From Microgenomates group bacterium (GTDB taxonomy: Bacteria; Patescibacteriota; Microgenomatia; UBA1400; MFAQ01): a stretch of DNA of 64,000 nucleotides. The stretch is taken from contig JBAQNH010000002.1 in NCBI GenBank assembly GCA_049303575.1, positions 636,541 through 700,540 on the forward strand, given 5' to 3'. The position numbers and the translations under genes are program-made. Under the pieces are notes generated by a model that worked only from the letters and a program-made list of their open reading frames with translations, was not told the DNA's origin and searched no databases. This document shows positions 38,689-47,301 of the stretch, one piece after another. The stretch's first letter is position 1, and each line of letters begins with the position of its first letter.

Positions 38689-39771
38689 CTATTTTACAAA
38701 CAGCCTAATTACATCTTTCACGGTAATGAGCACCATCAACCCCAAAAGAAAGATCATTCCACCCGTATTTACGTATCCCTCAATCATATTTTTTCTCTTT
38801 TTACCGATTATCTTTTCTACTCCCAAGAAAGCCACCCTACCTCCATCCAAAGCAGGAAAAGGCATTACATTCAAAATGGCGAGATTAATGGAAAGTATTC
38901 CCATAAACTGTAACACGGCTACCCAACCAACTTTATAAACTTCTTTACTTACCTGATAAATCCCGACGGGACCGGAAACATCTTTTGGTAGTCCTTTACC
39001 GGTAATCAAGTTAACTACAATCATTTTCAGGTTGCCGGCAATTTCTTTTCCCCATCCCCAAGCTTCCGAAAGTCCCACCACTACCCCTCTAAAAGGCATT
39101 TGCCAAATCGGATATTTTTTCATCTCCACACTCGACAAAGCTACACCCAATGCTCCCTGTCCTTCCGGAGGACTCACCCGAGGAGTTATCTTCACACTTT
39201 TCTCTGTGCCGTCTTTGGCAAGTAGCACCATCTCCACTTCTTTCCCTTTCAAACTATCAATTTGTTTTACAAATTCATCAATCCCTACAAACGCTACTTC
39301 CTTTTTTTCAAAAACAATTTTTGTCACCTGACTGTCAACTTCAATACCGACCAGCTGTGCCGGTGAGTCTTTGGCAACTTCCACAATGATTACTTTGTCG
39401 GTTTCCGTGGGAATTCCTAAATATGAATAGACAACGCCAAAAACAACCACTCCTAAAATAAAGTTCATAATTACCCCGGATAGTAATACGGCCGCTCTCT
39501 GCCACATTGGTTTGTTAAAAAACGCCTCTGGCGAAGCAGCTTGTTCCGGATTTTCCATATCTTCACCATAAAGCTTTACAAAACCCCCCAAAGGCAGCCA
39601 GTTTAAACTAAACAGCGTCCCTTTCTGTTTAAACAAACTTCTGGCTCTTGGTGGTAGTCCAATACCAAACTCCTCTACCCTCATCTTAAAAAGCCGGGCC
39701 ATCAAAAAATGACCCATCTCGTGAATCAGGATCAAAATCGACAACATTAATATAAAAACGATAAGTTGCAT
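38689..39771 (-). CDS. rseP: RIP zinc metalloprotease RseP (M50 site-2 protease)
   Basis: HEMGHFLMARLF HExxH, PDZ region and LDG motif. Confidence 0.85.
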   Translation of the reverse strand: MQLIVFILMLSILILIHEMGHFLMARLFKMRVEEFGIGLPPRARSLFKQKGTLFSLNWLPLGGFVKLYGEDMENPEQAASPEAFFNKPMWQRAAVLLSGVIMNFILGVVVFGVVYSYLGIPTETDKVIIVEVAKDSPAQLVGIEVDSQVTKIVFEKKEVAFVGIDEFVKQIDSLKGKEVEMVLLAKDGTEKSVKITPRVSPPEGQGALGVALSSVEMKKYPIWQMPFRGVVVGLSEAWGWGKEIAGNLKMIVVNLITGKGLPKDVSGPVGIYQVSKEVYKVGWVAVLQFMGILSINLAILNVMPFPALDGGRVAFLGVEKIIGKKRKNMIEGYVNTGGMIFLLGLMVLITVKDVIRLFVK

Positions 39772-39780
39772 TAGTCCATT

Positions 39781-40344
39781 CTACACTGCCATTACTTCCT
39801 CTTCCTTCGCCCTACTCATCTCCTCCACTTTTTCATTTAACTCTCCCGTTATCTTGTCCAGTTGCTCAAGAAGCATATAGATGTCATCTTCCGATACTTC
39901 TTTTTTTTCTTTAAGTGCATCTATCTTTTCTTTAATATCTTGTCTCGCCTGTCTTAGCATTACTTTTCCCGACTCGGTTTTTTGCTTAAGAAGTTTCACA
40001 AAATCCAACCTGCGTTCCTGTGTCAGTGATGGAATGACTATGCGGATAATATCTCCGGCTACTGCAGGCGAAAGTTTCATTTCACTTTCGGCAATCGCCT
40101 TTTCGATGTCTCTCATCAACCCTTTATCAAAAGGACTTACAATAAGCATGTTGGGATCTGGTGCCGAAATTGTTGCTACTTCCATCAAACGCATTCTTCC
40201 CCCATATGCCATCACTCCGAGATTCTCAATTAGACTGGGTTTGGCTCTACCCACCCGAATAGTATCAAAATCCTCTTCAACATTTTCAATAACCTTGGCA
40301 AACTTCTGACGCAAGAGAGCAATTAATTCGTGTTCAATAACCAT
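39781..40344 (-). CDS. frr: ribosome recycling factor
   Basis: full-length RRF pattern. Confidence 0.9.
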   Translation of the reverse strand: MVIEHELIALLRQKFAKVIENVEEDFDTIRVGRAKPSLIENLGVMAYGGRMRLMEVATISAPDPNMLIVSPFDKGLMRDIEKAIAESEMKLSPAVAGDIIRIVIPSLTQERRLDFVKLLKQKTESGKVMLRQARQDIKEKIDALKEKKEVSEDDIYMLLEQLDKITGELNEKVEEMSRAKEEEVMAV

Positions 40345-40370
40345 ATCTCAATCTTACCAGAAATATTTTC

Positions 40371-41213
40371 CTACTCCGGAATTCGAATTCTTCCTAAACT
40401 CATCTTAAAATAATCCGTCATAAAAGCACACGGCAGGCCGATAGCCCTGGCTTTAAAACTTTGCTCACAAAAAACTCTGCCGTCTTCCGTTGTTTGATTT
40501 GGAATATTAATCCAAATATGTTTTACATATTTATCGTAGTAACTTTGCGGCAAACCGCTGGGTCTTTTTTCTCCTTTGACAGTAAATTCTTCACCTGTGT
40601 CTGGATCTCGATGATCGATCTCTGACTTCACACTCACGCTAAAATTTTTTCTGTTCTTAGAGACCAATAAATCGATGTCGTGGTTGGCATCCCAATCAAC
40701 TTCTGGGGGCTCTACTGTGAACCCTGCGCTTGAAAATAACAGTGCCGCAGATATCATTCCCCTCAGGCCGGCAAACAGAGTATAGTCTTCCCCATTTATC
40801 ACCCCTTTGTGCTTAAGAGACGCAAACACTTCATTCATCGCCAAAAAATACTCCGGTGCCTTATCATCCAAAAACTTCCCGTCTTTAAACCGAGACGTTA
40901 CCTCCTTCAAAGCCGTCTGCTGCATTGTTACCGACTGTCTCTTGTACTCTTGTTCACTTCTTCTGCCCTTATCTTTAAAAAGCTCCATCATGCTCGAACA
41001 AATTCCCATCAGCTTTTTATCACTTCCGCTTATGTCCATTTTTTCCTCAAGTTCGGAAGATTTTTTCCATACCTCGTAAGGGGAACAAATACTTTCTTTG
41101 GTCAATTCTGACCGCCATTTTTTAAGCTCAACCAAAAAGGTGTCTTCTTTAGGTGCTGCCTCGGATTTCTTAACCAAATTAATATCTTTGAGCTCAATCG
41201 AATCAACCATAAC
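40371..41213 (-). CDS. hypothetical protein occupying the pyrH position between tsf and frr (start taken at MVDSIELKD)
   Basis: no amino-acid-kinase motifs; contains ...NHDIDLLVSKN resembling the minimal nucleotidyltransferase DxD strand. That resemblance is weak. Confidence 0.5.
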   Translation of the reverse strand, partial: VMVDSIELKDINLVKKSEAAPKEDTFLVELKKWRSELTKESICSPYEVWKKSSELEEKMDISGSDKKLMGICSSMMELFKDKGRRSEQEYKRQSVTMQQTALKEVTSRFKDGKFLDDKAPEYFLAMNEVFASLKHKGVINGEDYTLFAGLRGMISAALLFSSAGFTVEPPEVDWDANHDIDLLVSKNRKNFSVSVKSEIDHRDPDTGEEFTVKGEKRPSGLPQSYYDKYVKHIWINIPNQTTEDGRVFCEQSFKARAIGLPCAFMTDYFKMSLGRIRIPE

Positions 41214-41304
41214 TAAAACTCTAGCACACAAATAGTCACATTCCAATAACGAAAATTGGTAAACACAAATCAGATAACCTCTCTTCCGACAAAAACAACC
41301 TCTC

Positions 41305-41757
41305 TTACTCCGTACCGAGCTTAAATCTGGCAAAGCGCACTACTCGAATGTTCTCTCCTGTTTTACCTATCAACTCTTTAACAAGTTGGTCTATTGTCTT
41401 CGACGCATCACGAATGTATGCCTGAGATAATAGTTCTTCAACATCTTTAGGATTCATTGAAACCACCTGCAAGGTAATCTCTTTGCACAAATGCTCAAAC
41501 TCAGTCGTACTGGCGACAAAATCGGTCTCACAAGCTACCTCTATCATCGCTCCAACGAGTCCACCGGCATGAGTATATGTATAAACTTTTCCGCTATTTA
41601 CCTCACGTTCAGACTTTTGTTCCGCCTTGGCCAAACCTTTGGCGCGAATAAGCTCTACAGCTTTCTCCACGTTTCCTTTGGCCTCTTCAATGGCTTTTTT
41701 GGCATCCATTACTCCGGCTCCGGTTTTTTCTCTTAGTTCTTTAATTTGATCCATCAT
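41305..41757 (-). CDS. tsf: elongation factor Ts (short form)
   Basis: N-terminal UBA-like KELREKTGAGVMDAKKAIEEAKGNVEKAVE and core. Confidence 0.85.
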   Translation of the reverse strand: MMDQIKELREKTGAGVMDAKKAIEEAKGNVEKAVELIRAKGLAKAEQKSEREVNSGKVYTYTHAGGLVGAMIEVACETDFVASTTEFEHLCKEITLQVVSMNPKDVEELLSQAYIRDASKTIDQLVKELIGKTGENIRVVRFARFKLGTE

Positions 41758-42631
41758 TTTCTTTAGGTGCGGCTGCTAAATCCTTTCGTTCTTTGAGTCC
41801 TACTTCCAAGGCTTTTCCAAAAGCAGCAATAACAATCTCCAGACCCTTAGCAGAGTCATCGTTCATTGGTACTACATAGTCAACCATGTCCGGGTTAGCA
41901 TTAGAATCGACCAGACCAATAACTAAGGCACCACGATTGTTGGCTTCTTTAACGGCGAGTTTCTCTTTGTGTGTGTCGATAGCCACGATTACTTCAGGAG
42001 CGTCTTTGAGCATTGCGATTCCACCAACAACTCTTTCCAAGCGAGCAATCTCTTTGTCAAACAAAACTTGTTCTCTCTTGGTGAACTTCTTGAGCTGACC
42101 TTGGTCTCGTTTGAGCTTGAGGGAGTTCAGTCTTTCCAGTGTCAATTTGACCTGTTTCCAGTTAGTGATCAAGCCGCCCATCCAGCGTTGGGTAATGAAA
42201 GGCACATCGATTCTCTTGGCTTCGGTCTCAAGCATCTGCTTAGCCTGTCTTTTGGTACCAACCAAAACAATTCTTTTACCTTCTCTTGCCGCTGTAGTAA
42301 GAGCCTTACAAGCATCTTCAAGTCCGGAAACTGTTTTTTCAAGATCAAAAATATGAATTCCATTCTTAGCACCCCAGAGATATTTCTTCATCTTAGGATT
42401 CCATTTTTTGACCACGTGACCAAAATGGGCACCTGCTTCAAAAAGTTCCTCAATGGTAGATGACGCAACCTTTTTGGGTTCTTTGACTTCGACCGTCTTT
42501 AGTACCTCTTTAGCAACAACCTTTTTAGGTGTAGCTTTCTTTTCTACGAGTACTTCCTTCTTAACAACCTTCTTGACTTCTTTTTTGGGTGTAGCCTTCA
42601 CCACTTTTGTTTCAGCTTTTTTAGTAGCCAT
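41741..42631 (-). CDS. rpsB: ribosomal protein S2 with roughly 60-aa K/V-rich N-terminal extension
   Basis: AGAHFGH S2 core preceded by KKxV repeats. Confidence 0.9.
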   Translation of the reverse strand: MATKKAETKVVKATPKKEVKKVVKKEVLVEKKATPKKVVAKEVLKTVEVKEPKKVASSTIEELFEAGAHFGHVVKKWNPKMKKYLWGAKNGIHIFDLEKTVSGLEDACKALTTAAREGKRIVLVGTKRQAKQMLETEAKRIDVPFITQRWMGGLITNWKQVKLTLERLNSLKLKRDQGQLKKFTKREQVLFDKEIARLERVVGGIAMLKDAPEVIVAIDTHKEKLAVKEANNRGALVIGLVDSNANPDMVDYVVPMNDDSAKGLEIVIAAFGKALEVGLKERKDLAAAPKENDGSN

Positions 42632-42786
42632 ATTTTTATCTCTTTTTATATTCCGAAACTGGTTAGAGATTCGTTATCGGAACAAATTTATAATTAACCT
42701 GCCTATTTTACCACAACCACACTCAAAATATCCCTTTTATGGTAATATACATCTCAAAGTTCGTTTAAATTCAAAAGGAGGCACCT

Positions 42787-43290
42787 ATGTTTTGGCTTGT
42801 TTGGCTACCGCTTAGTCTCATCGCTTTTTTCATCATCGTACCCAAATTTAATAAGAATCTGGAGGTTTGGCTTGCTGAAAATGACGGGGTATGGCTTTTG
42901 GTTCTTTCGGTAATAGCTTTGGTGCTCGTTGGTCTGGCAATTAACTTTACTGATCTCTCACCCGCAAAAACAGTCTATCCGGATCTTAAAAACCCCGTCT
43001 ACCTGACTCAAATACCCGGAAATCAAAACAATAAGTACCTCATCTACACCGAAGACCTAATAAATGGCGAGGAATACTTCCTCTATTCTTTAAACAAGGA
43101 AACCGGCATTCCGAAACAAATGAATTTCTCCCATGCCGAGCTTAGACTTGTCTACGATAACCCCTCTCGGCCGTTTTTAGCCAAAATCCTCTACACTTGC
43201 AGAGCCAAACGTTTTTGGCGGTTGGATTGTAACAATCCTTCTCCGTACCTCTACGAACTGCACCTTTCCGCCGACTCAATCTTAAAATGA
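42787..43290 (+). CDS. hypothetical membrane protein
   Basis: RBS AAAGGAGG; two TM helices. Confidence 0.5.
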   Translation: MFWLVWLPLSLIAFFIIVPKFNKNLEVWLAENDGVWLLVLSVIALVLVGLAINFTDLSPAKTVYPDLKNPVYLTQIPGNQNNKYLIYTEDLINGEEYFLYSLNKETGIPKQMNFSHAELRLVYDNPSRPFLAKILYTCRAKRFWRLDCNNPSPYLYELHLSADSILK

Positions 43291-43299
43291 GCTCTCCCA

Positions 43300-43334
43300 A
43301 CCCGCCTAACCATGGCGGGTTTTTCTTGGTCAAA
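43300..43334 (+). terminator. terminator hairpin inside a 35-bp exact repeat (copy 1)
   Basis: cccgcc-taaccat-ggcggg followed by TTTTT; the 35-mer is identical to 43877..43911. Confidence 0.65.
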
Positions 43335-43373
43335 AATCACGGCTCTACAATTGTTTGCCTCTTCCTGTTCTAT

Positions 43374-43401
43374 TTGACACCCTGTTACTATCGGATATAA
43401 T
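43374..43401 (+). promoter_or_regulatory. consensus promoter TTGACA-16-TATAAT
   Basis: exact -35 and -10 hexamers upstream of a GAAGGAGG RBS. Confidence 0.5.
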
Positions 43402-43441
43402 CTCTCCAGATAAAGTTCTTTAACTCTTGAAGGAGGAACCC

Positions 43442-43864
43442 TTGGAAAACCGTGTTTTTGTCGCCAATCCTTATAAACTCTTTCCCGATCTGCACACAAA
43501 GCTAAAACAGCTGCGGTGCGATCTCGCCAACAAGGACGACATTCGCCTGGAATATAACCAGTACCACAGCCTCGATCCCAAAAAGTACTCCCTTCTCGGA
43601 CCACCCATCGTCAACCAAGTCAAAAACATCTTCGGCAAAATTATCATCTCTCGTCCCAAATCGAGAGTTCTTTGTGGAGTAGAAACAAAATTCAAAAACG
43701 ACTACAGCGACCTCATCGTTCATATCAGGCTTTCGGTCTACGGTCAAAAAAATCTCGAGGCTGTTACCCAGATCGCCCAAGAGATTTATGCCCCCTTGTT
43801 GCCGTCAGCTTTCATTCACGTCATCGTCGACCTCGACTACGAAATCTGGGAGTATCTTCTCTAA
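43442..43864 (+). CDS. hypothetical 140-aa protein (TTG start after AGGAGG)
   Basis: RBS spacing favours the TTG at 43442 over the ORF-track start. Confidence 0.45.
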   Translation: MENRVFVANPYKLFPDLHTKLKQLRCDLANKDDIRLEYNQYHSLDPKKYSLLGPPIVNQVKNIFGKIIISRPKSRVLCGVETKFKNDYSDLIVHIRLSVYGQKNLEAVTQIAQEIYAPLLPSAFIHVIVDLDYEIWEYLL

Positions 43865-43876
43865 CTTACTCTTCTC

Positions 43877-43911
43877 ACCCGCCTAACCATGGCGGGTTTT
43901 TCTTGGTCAAA
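43877..43911. terminator. terminator hairpin inside a 35-bp exact repeat (copy 2); overlaps the folD 3' end
   Basis: identical 35-mer. Confidence 0.65.
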
Positions 43912-44662
43912 TACTCGACAAACTTTCAAAAAGAGACACAATTGTTAGGGGACCAACTCCACCGGGAACTGGGGTAATCATCAAAGCCTTTTCAAAAGCG
44001 TCCCTGGAAAAATCACCGTTCGTATATCCTAAATCGATTCCCACAAAACCATCATTAACCATCTCTCCTTTTATAACCCCCGCGACTCCCGTCGCCCCAA
44101 TTACCACGTCATATTTTTTCAAATTTGTTAGATCATCACCTTTGTCCAAACCGGTTACTTGGTACCCTAATTTTTGCAATCGGAGGACCAATCTTTTTCC
44201 CACCTCACCTTTTGCCCCGACAACAACAATTGTCTGTTCCTCGTCCACATTAAATATTTCCAAAACTCTCTCCACTGCTCCGACAACAGCCGGATTGAAC
44301 CTAGATTTCGGGTTTAGTCCGTCTACATCCTTCTCCGGATTAATCGTATACAAAATTTGCTCAGTTTCCTCTTTACTCGCCCCCAATATTGGCAACTGCA
44401 CCAAGATACCGTCCACTGTCTCGTCGGTATTGGCATCCGCGAGCATCTCCCCTAACTCTTCCTTATTTTTCGCAAATGACACCGTTACCAAAACCCCTAG
44501 TCTCTCCCCCATCTCTCGTTTCAAACGTACATAAACACTTTCTTCCGTATGTCCATCGCACTGCAAAACCAAAAGGCTCTTCCCTAAGAGCTTCTCCGCC
44601 TCCTCCAAAAATTTGGCCACTTTTTCGGCTTCTTTCTTTCCGTCTAATACTAGTTTGGGCAT
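43907..44662 (-). CDS. folD: bifunctional methylene-THF dehydrogenase/cyclohydrolase
   Basis: conserved FolD N-terminal and Rossmann regions (VVVGAKGEVGKRL). Confidence 0.8.
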   Translation of the reverse strand: MPKLVLDGKKEAEKVAKFLEEAEKLLGKSLLVLQCDGHTEESVYVRLKREMGERLGVLVTVSFAKNKEELGEMLADANTDETVDGILVQLPILGASKEETEQILYTINPEKDVDGLNPKSRFNPAVVGAVERVLEIFNVDEEQTIVVVGAKGEVGKRLVLRLQKLGYQVTGLDKGDDLTNLKKYDVVIGATGVAGVIKGEMVNDGFVGIDLGYTNGDFSRDAFEKALMITPVPGGVGPLTIVSLFESLSSI

Positions 44663-44728
44663 GGGTGTTTTTTACAAATTATTAATATCCGTCATTCACT
44701 GTCTTTTTTTTGTAAATCTAATTGTATC

Positions 44729-45355
44729 TCAAATCAAACCGAACTCTCTCAGAGTAGCCAAAGAATTATCCAAGACCTTGGAGATACTTTGTGACACGTC
44801 GATTACCCTCCAAAAATCGGGGTACTTTACCGACAGCTCTAGATATGCATCCCGTACCCGGGAGTGAAAAGCGAGTTCCTTCATGTCATACCGATCTTTA
44901 TCATCACAGTTCATCTTGCGTATCATCGCCAGTTCCGGCGCTAAGTCATAATGGAGTACCAAGTCCGGCATTAAGCCTTTTGTCGCCATCTTAGAAACTG
45001 CAACGATTATTTCTTTATCCACCTCTTCCGAACTTTGGTATGCATAGCTGCTAAACCAGTACCTATCCAAAAGCACTCCCTTACCCTCCTTTAATCCTTC
45101 CAAAATTGGAATCACTTTCGTATTGACCAGATTAGCTCTCGATGCGCTGTAGGTTAGAAAGGCTGCCATGGGGTCAATCTCGATACCGTGGGTTTCCTGA
45201 ACCGCCGTTCGCAGTAACTCGCCATAATCCGTACCCCCCGGTTCTCTAAAAAATTTCCAATCATGAAGATGCTCCCTGATTCCTTTAATGGCCGTTGTTT
45301 TTCCACTTCCCGATCCTCCTTCAATCACCAACAATGGTTTTTTGTTCTCAATCAT
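44729..45355 (-). CDS. tmk: thymidylate kinase
   Basis: LVIEGGSGSGKTT P-loop and FFREPGGTDYGE. Confidence 0.85.
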   Translation of the reverse strand: MIENKKPLLVIEGGSGSGKTTAIKGIREHLHDWKFFREPGGTDYGELLRTAVQETHGIEIDPMAAFLTYSASRANLVNTKVIPILEGLKEGKGVLLDRYWFSSYAYQSSEEVDKEIIVAVSKMATKGLMPDLVLHYDLAPELAMIRKMNCDDKDRYDMKELAFHSRVRDAYLELSVKYPDFWRVIDVSQSISKVLDNSLATLREFGLI

Positions 45356-45650
45356 TTTCTGTCCTTTGAATTGCTAAAAAGGTCTTTCTTATTTCTTCGG
45401 GCAACTCTGCTTTTGGATCCCTCACATATCTACGGTACTCTTCCAACACTTCCTCCTCCGTCGTTCTGCCCATACCATTGCCTTTGGTGTCTGGCATCAA
45501 TACTGTTTTTCCCAGCACCTCACCCTCTCCACCAACATACTTTTTGTGGAATTCACTTTCAAATATTCTTTCTGCCATGAAATAACTTAAACCAGTTTCC
45601 CTCTTTTGTCTACATCTATATTTATCCTTCTCTTTTCCCCCAAAAACCAT
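45348..45650 (-). CDS. hypothetical small protein
   Basis: ORF only. Confidence 0.35.
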   Translation of the reverse strand: MVFGGKEKDKYRCRQKRETGLSYFMAERIFESEFHKKYVGGEGEVLGKTVLMPDTKGNGMGRTTEEEVLEEYRRYVRDPKAELPEEIRKTFLAIQRTEND

Positions 45651-45688
45651 TTGACAACCAGTTCACCCCCTCCACTACAATAACCTCC

Positions 45689-47290
45689 ATGGACCGAAAA
45701 GAAGCATATCCTTCAGTTGAGCTACCCAGATTTAACTCCAGGGTCTCTTTAATTCTTCACTCGACAGCTCCCCTTGATACTAGTTCTCTCACTTCGGAAC
45801 AAATTTCCCTCCTCAACTCGGCCACCACCATAGTCAGTGCCGCAGCTCGCACTTGTTATTCATCAGAAATTCAAACTCCCCTTGATTACCTCCAAAAATC
45901 AGACAAATATCGTCAAGTCTCCGCCGACGTCGTCATCAGCACTAAAGAAGCCGGTCACAACACCACTCGTCAGCACGCTAGCTACACTTTTGCCTTGGAA
46001 AATGTTTCTCGACTAGCGGTCAATTTTCTCCATTCACAACCTTTCTACAACTCCGAAGAAATGTCCCAACGTTATGTGAACATGGCCGACACCAAACCAC
46101 TCACTCCCGACACCGGCAACGAAGATTACAACCGTGCACTCTCTGAGGCTGCCGCCTCGCTCAGCACCGCCTACAACCATCTCCAGGAGCTTCTTACTCC
46201 TACCACCAAGAAATTCATTCTCGAACGCTTTCCTGGACGCGACACCGAAGCTTGGAAAAACAAAATAAATAATGAAGCCGGTAAAAAATCTCAAGAGATT
46301 GCTCGCTATCTTCTTCCTCTTGGTATGCCTACCAATCTTCATTTCACCATTAACGAGCTCACCCTCAAACGTTTCTACCATCTCTCCCAAAATCTCCCCG
46401 CTACCGACGAACTCTCCGCCATTATCCAAGGCATGGTAGACGTCGCTGTATCTACCGATCCTTCACTCAAACAAGAGTTTGATCGACCTCTTCCTTATCT
46501 GGCTCGTCCAAGATATAACCCCAAAAATATTAATCATCATCCTGAAACACCAGCCGTTATCGACAACCTATCTCCCATCTCTCCCCATATCATTCGCGCT
46601 ATCCGCCGCATTCTCGGAGTCACCTCCGAAGAAATATCCGATCAGGACGCCCTCAAACTTGTTTTCGACCCCAACATCAATCCTCTGCTGGCCCAAGTCG
46701 ACGGCGACGGTGCCATCGACCACCTTTCTCAAAGCCTAAATCAGGTAAATCTCTCGGCCGAAATCTCCCTAAGCCACACCGCCAACTACCAACTCCATCG
46801 TCATCGTGCCCTAAATCACACCACTCCCTTAATTATTCCAATTCCCCAATCGGAAAACGACTATGTTATTCCCCCAATTCTAAACTCCAACCCCGAAGCT
46901 TACGAATTCTTTTTGGAAACTCTCGCTCTTCATAGTCAAAAACTCCAAAATCTTTTTGATCAAGGCATTTCCCTGGAGCACCTCCAGTATTTAATTCCCA
47001 ACGCCGTTCGTATCAATAAAACCGTTTCCGGACCATTTGGCGCTTGGTATCATTTCCTCAAAACCAGAAATTGTTTTAACGCCCAAGAAGAAATCAACGC
47101 CATTGCCACCTCAATCACCAAACAAATAATCGACATCGACCCAGTCCTCTCTCCTCACCTGGAACATCTCGTACCTTGTGGTCTTCGCCAAGAATCAAAC
47201 ATCAAGCCCTTCTGCCCGGAAGGCACTCGCTTTTGCGGCGTGCGTATTTGGAACTTTTCCGTCAAAAACTATCCTTCGCGCAATATCTAA
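45689..47290 (+). CDS. ThyX-like (flavin-dependent thymidylate-synthase fold) protein, atypically long (533 aa)
   Basis: GHNTTRQHASYTFALENVSR (ThyX H..S..EH block), ...YNSEEMSQRY (S..RY block) and C-terminal YLIPNAVRINKTV...WYHFLKTRNCFNAQEEI (ThyX LPxxxxT...HF...R...AQxEI block), separated by a roughly 230-aa insertion. The canonical RHR is replaced by LHS. Confidence 0.5.
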   Translation: MDRKEAYPSVELPRFNSRVSLILHSTAPLDTSSLTSEQISLLNSATTIVSAAARTCYSSEIQTPLDYLQKSDKYRQVSADVVISTKEAGHNTTRQHASYTFALENVSRLAVNFLHSQPFYNSEEMSQRYVNMADTKPLTPDTGNEDYNRALSEAAASLSTAYNHLQELLTPTTKKFILERFPGRDTEAWKNKINNEAGKKSQEIARYLLPLGMPTNLHFTINELTLKRFYHLSQNLPATDELSAIIQGMVDVAVSTDPSLKQEFDRPLPYLARPRYNPKNINHHPETPAVIDNLSPISPHIIRAIRRILGVTSEEISDQDALKLVFDPNINPLLAQVDGDGAIDHLSQSLNQVNLSAEISLSHTANYQLHRHRALNHTTPLIIPIPQSENDYVIPPILNSNPEAYEFFLETLALHSQKLQNLFDQGISLEHLQYLIPNAVRINKTVSGPFGAWYHFLKTRNCFNAQEEINAIATSITKQIIDIDPVLSPHLEHLVPCGLRQESNIKPFCPEGTRFCGVRIWNFSVKNYPSRNI

Positions 47291-47301
47291 AAACTTCTCT
47301 T

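Noticed and set aside
40371-41333. Long N-terminal extension (MPDLSSVRSKRGCFCRK...) of the pyrH-slot gene, overlapping tsf
   Set aside because: The extension runs through the 3' end of tsf in another frame and is Cys/Arg-rich junk-like sequence. The start was moved to the internal Met (MVDSIELKD).
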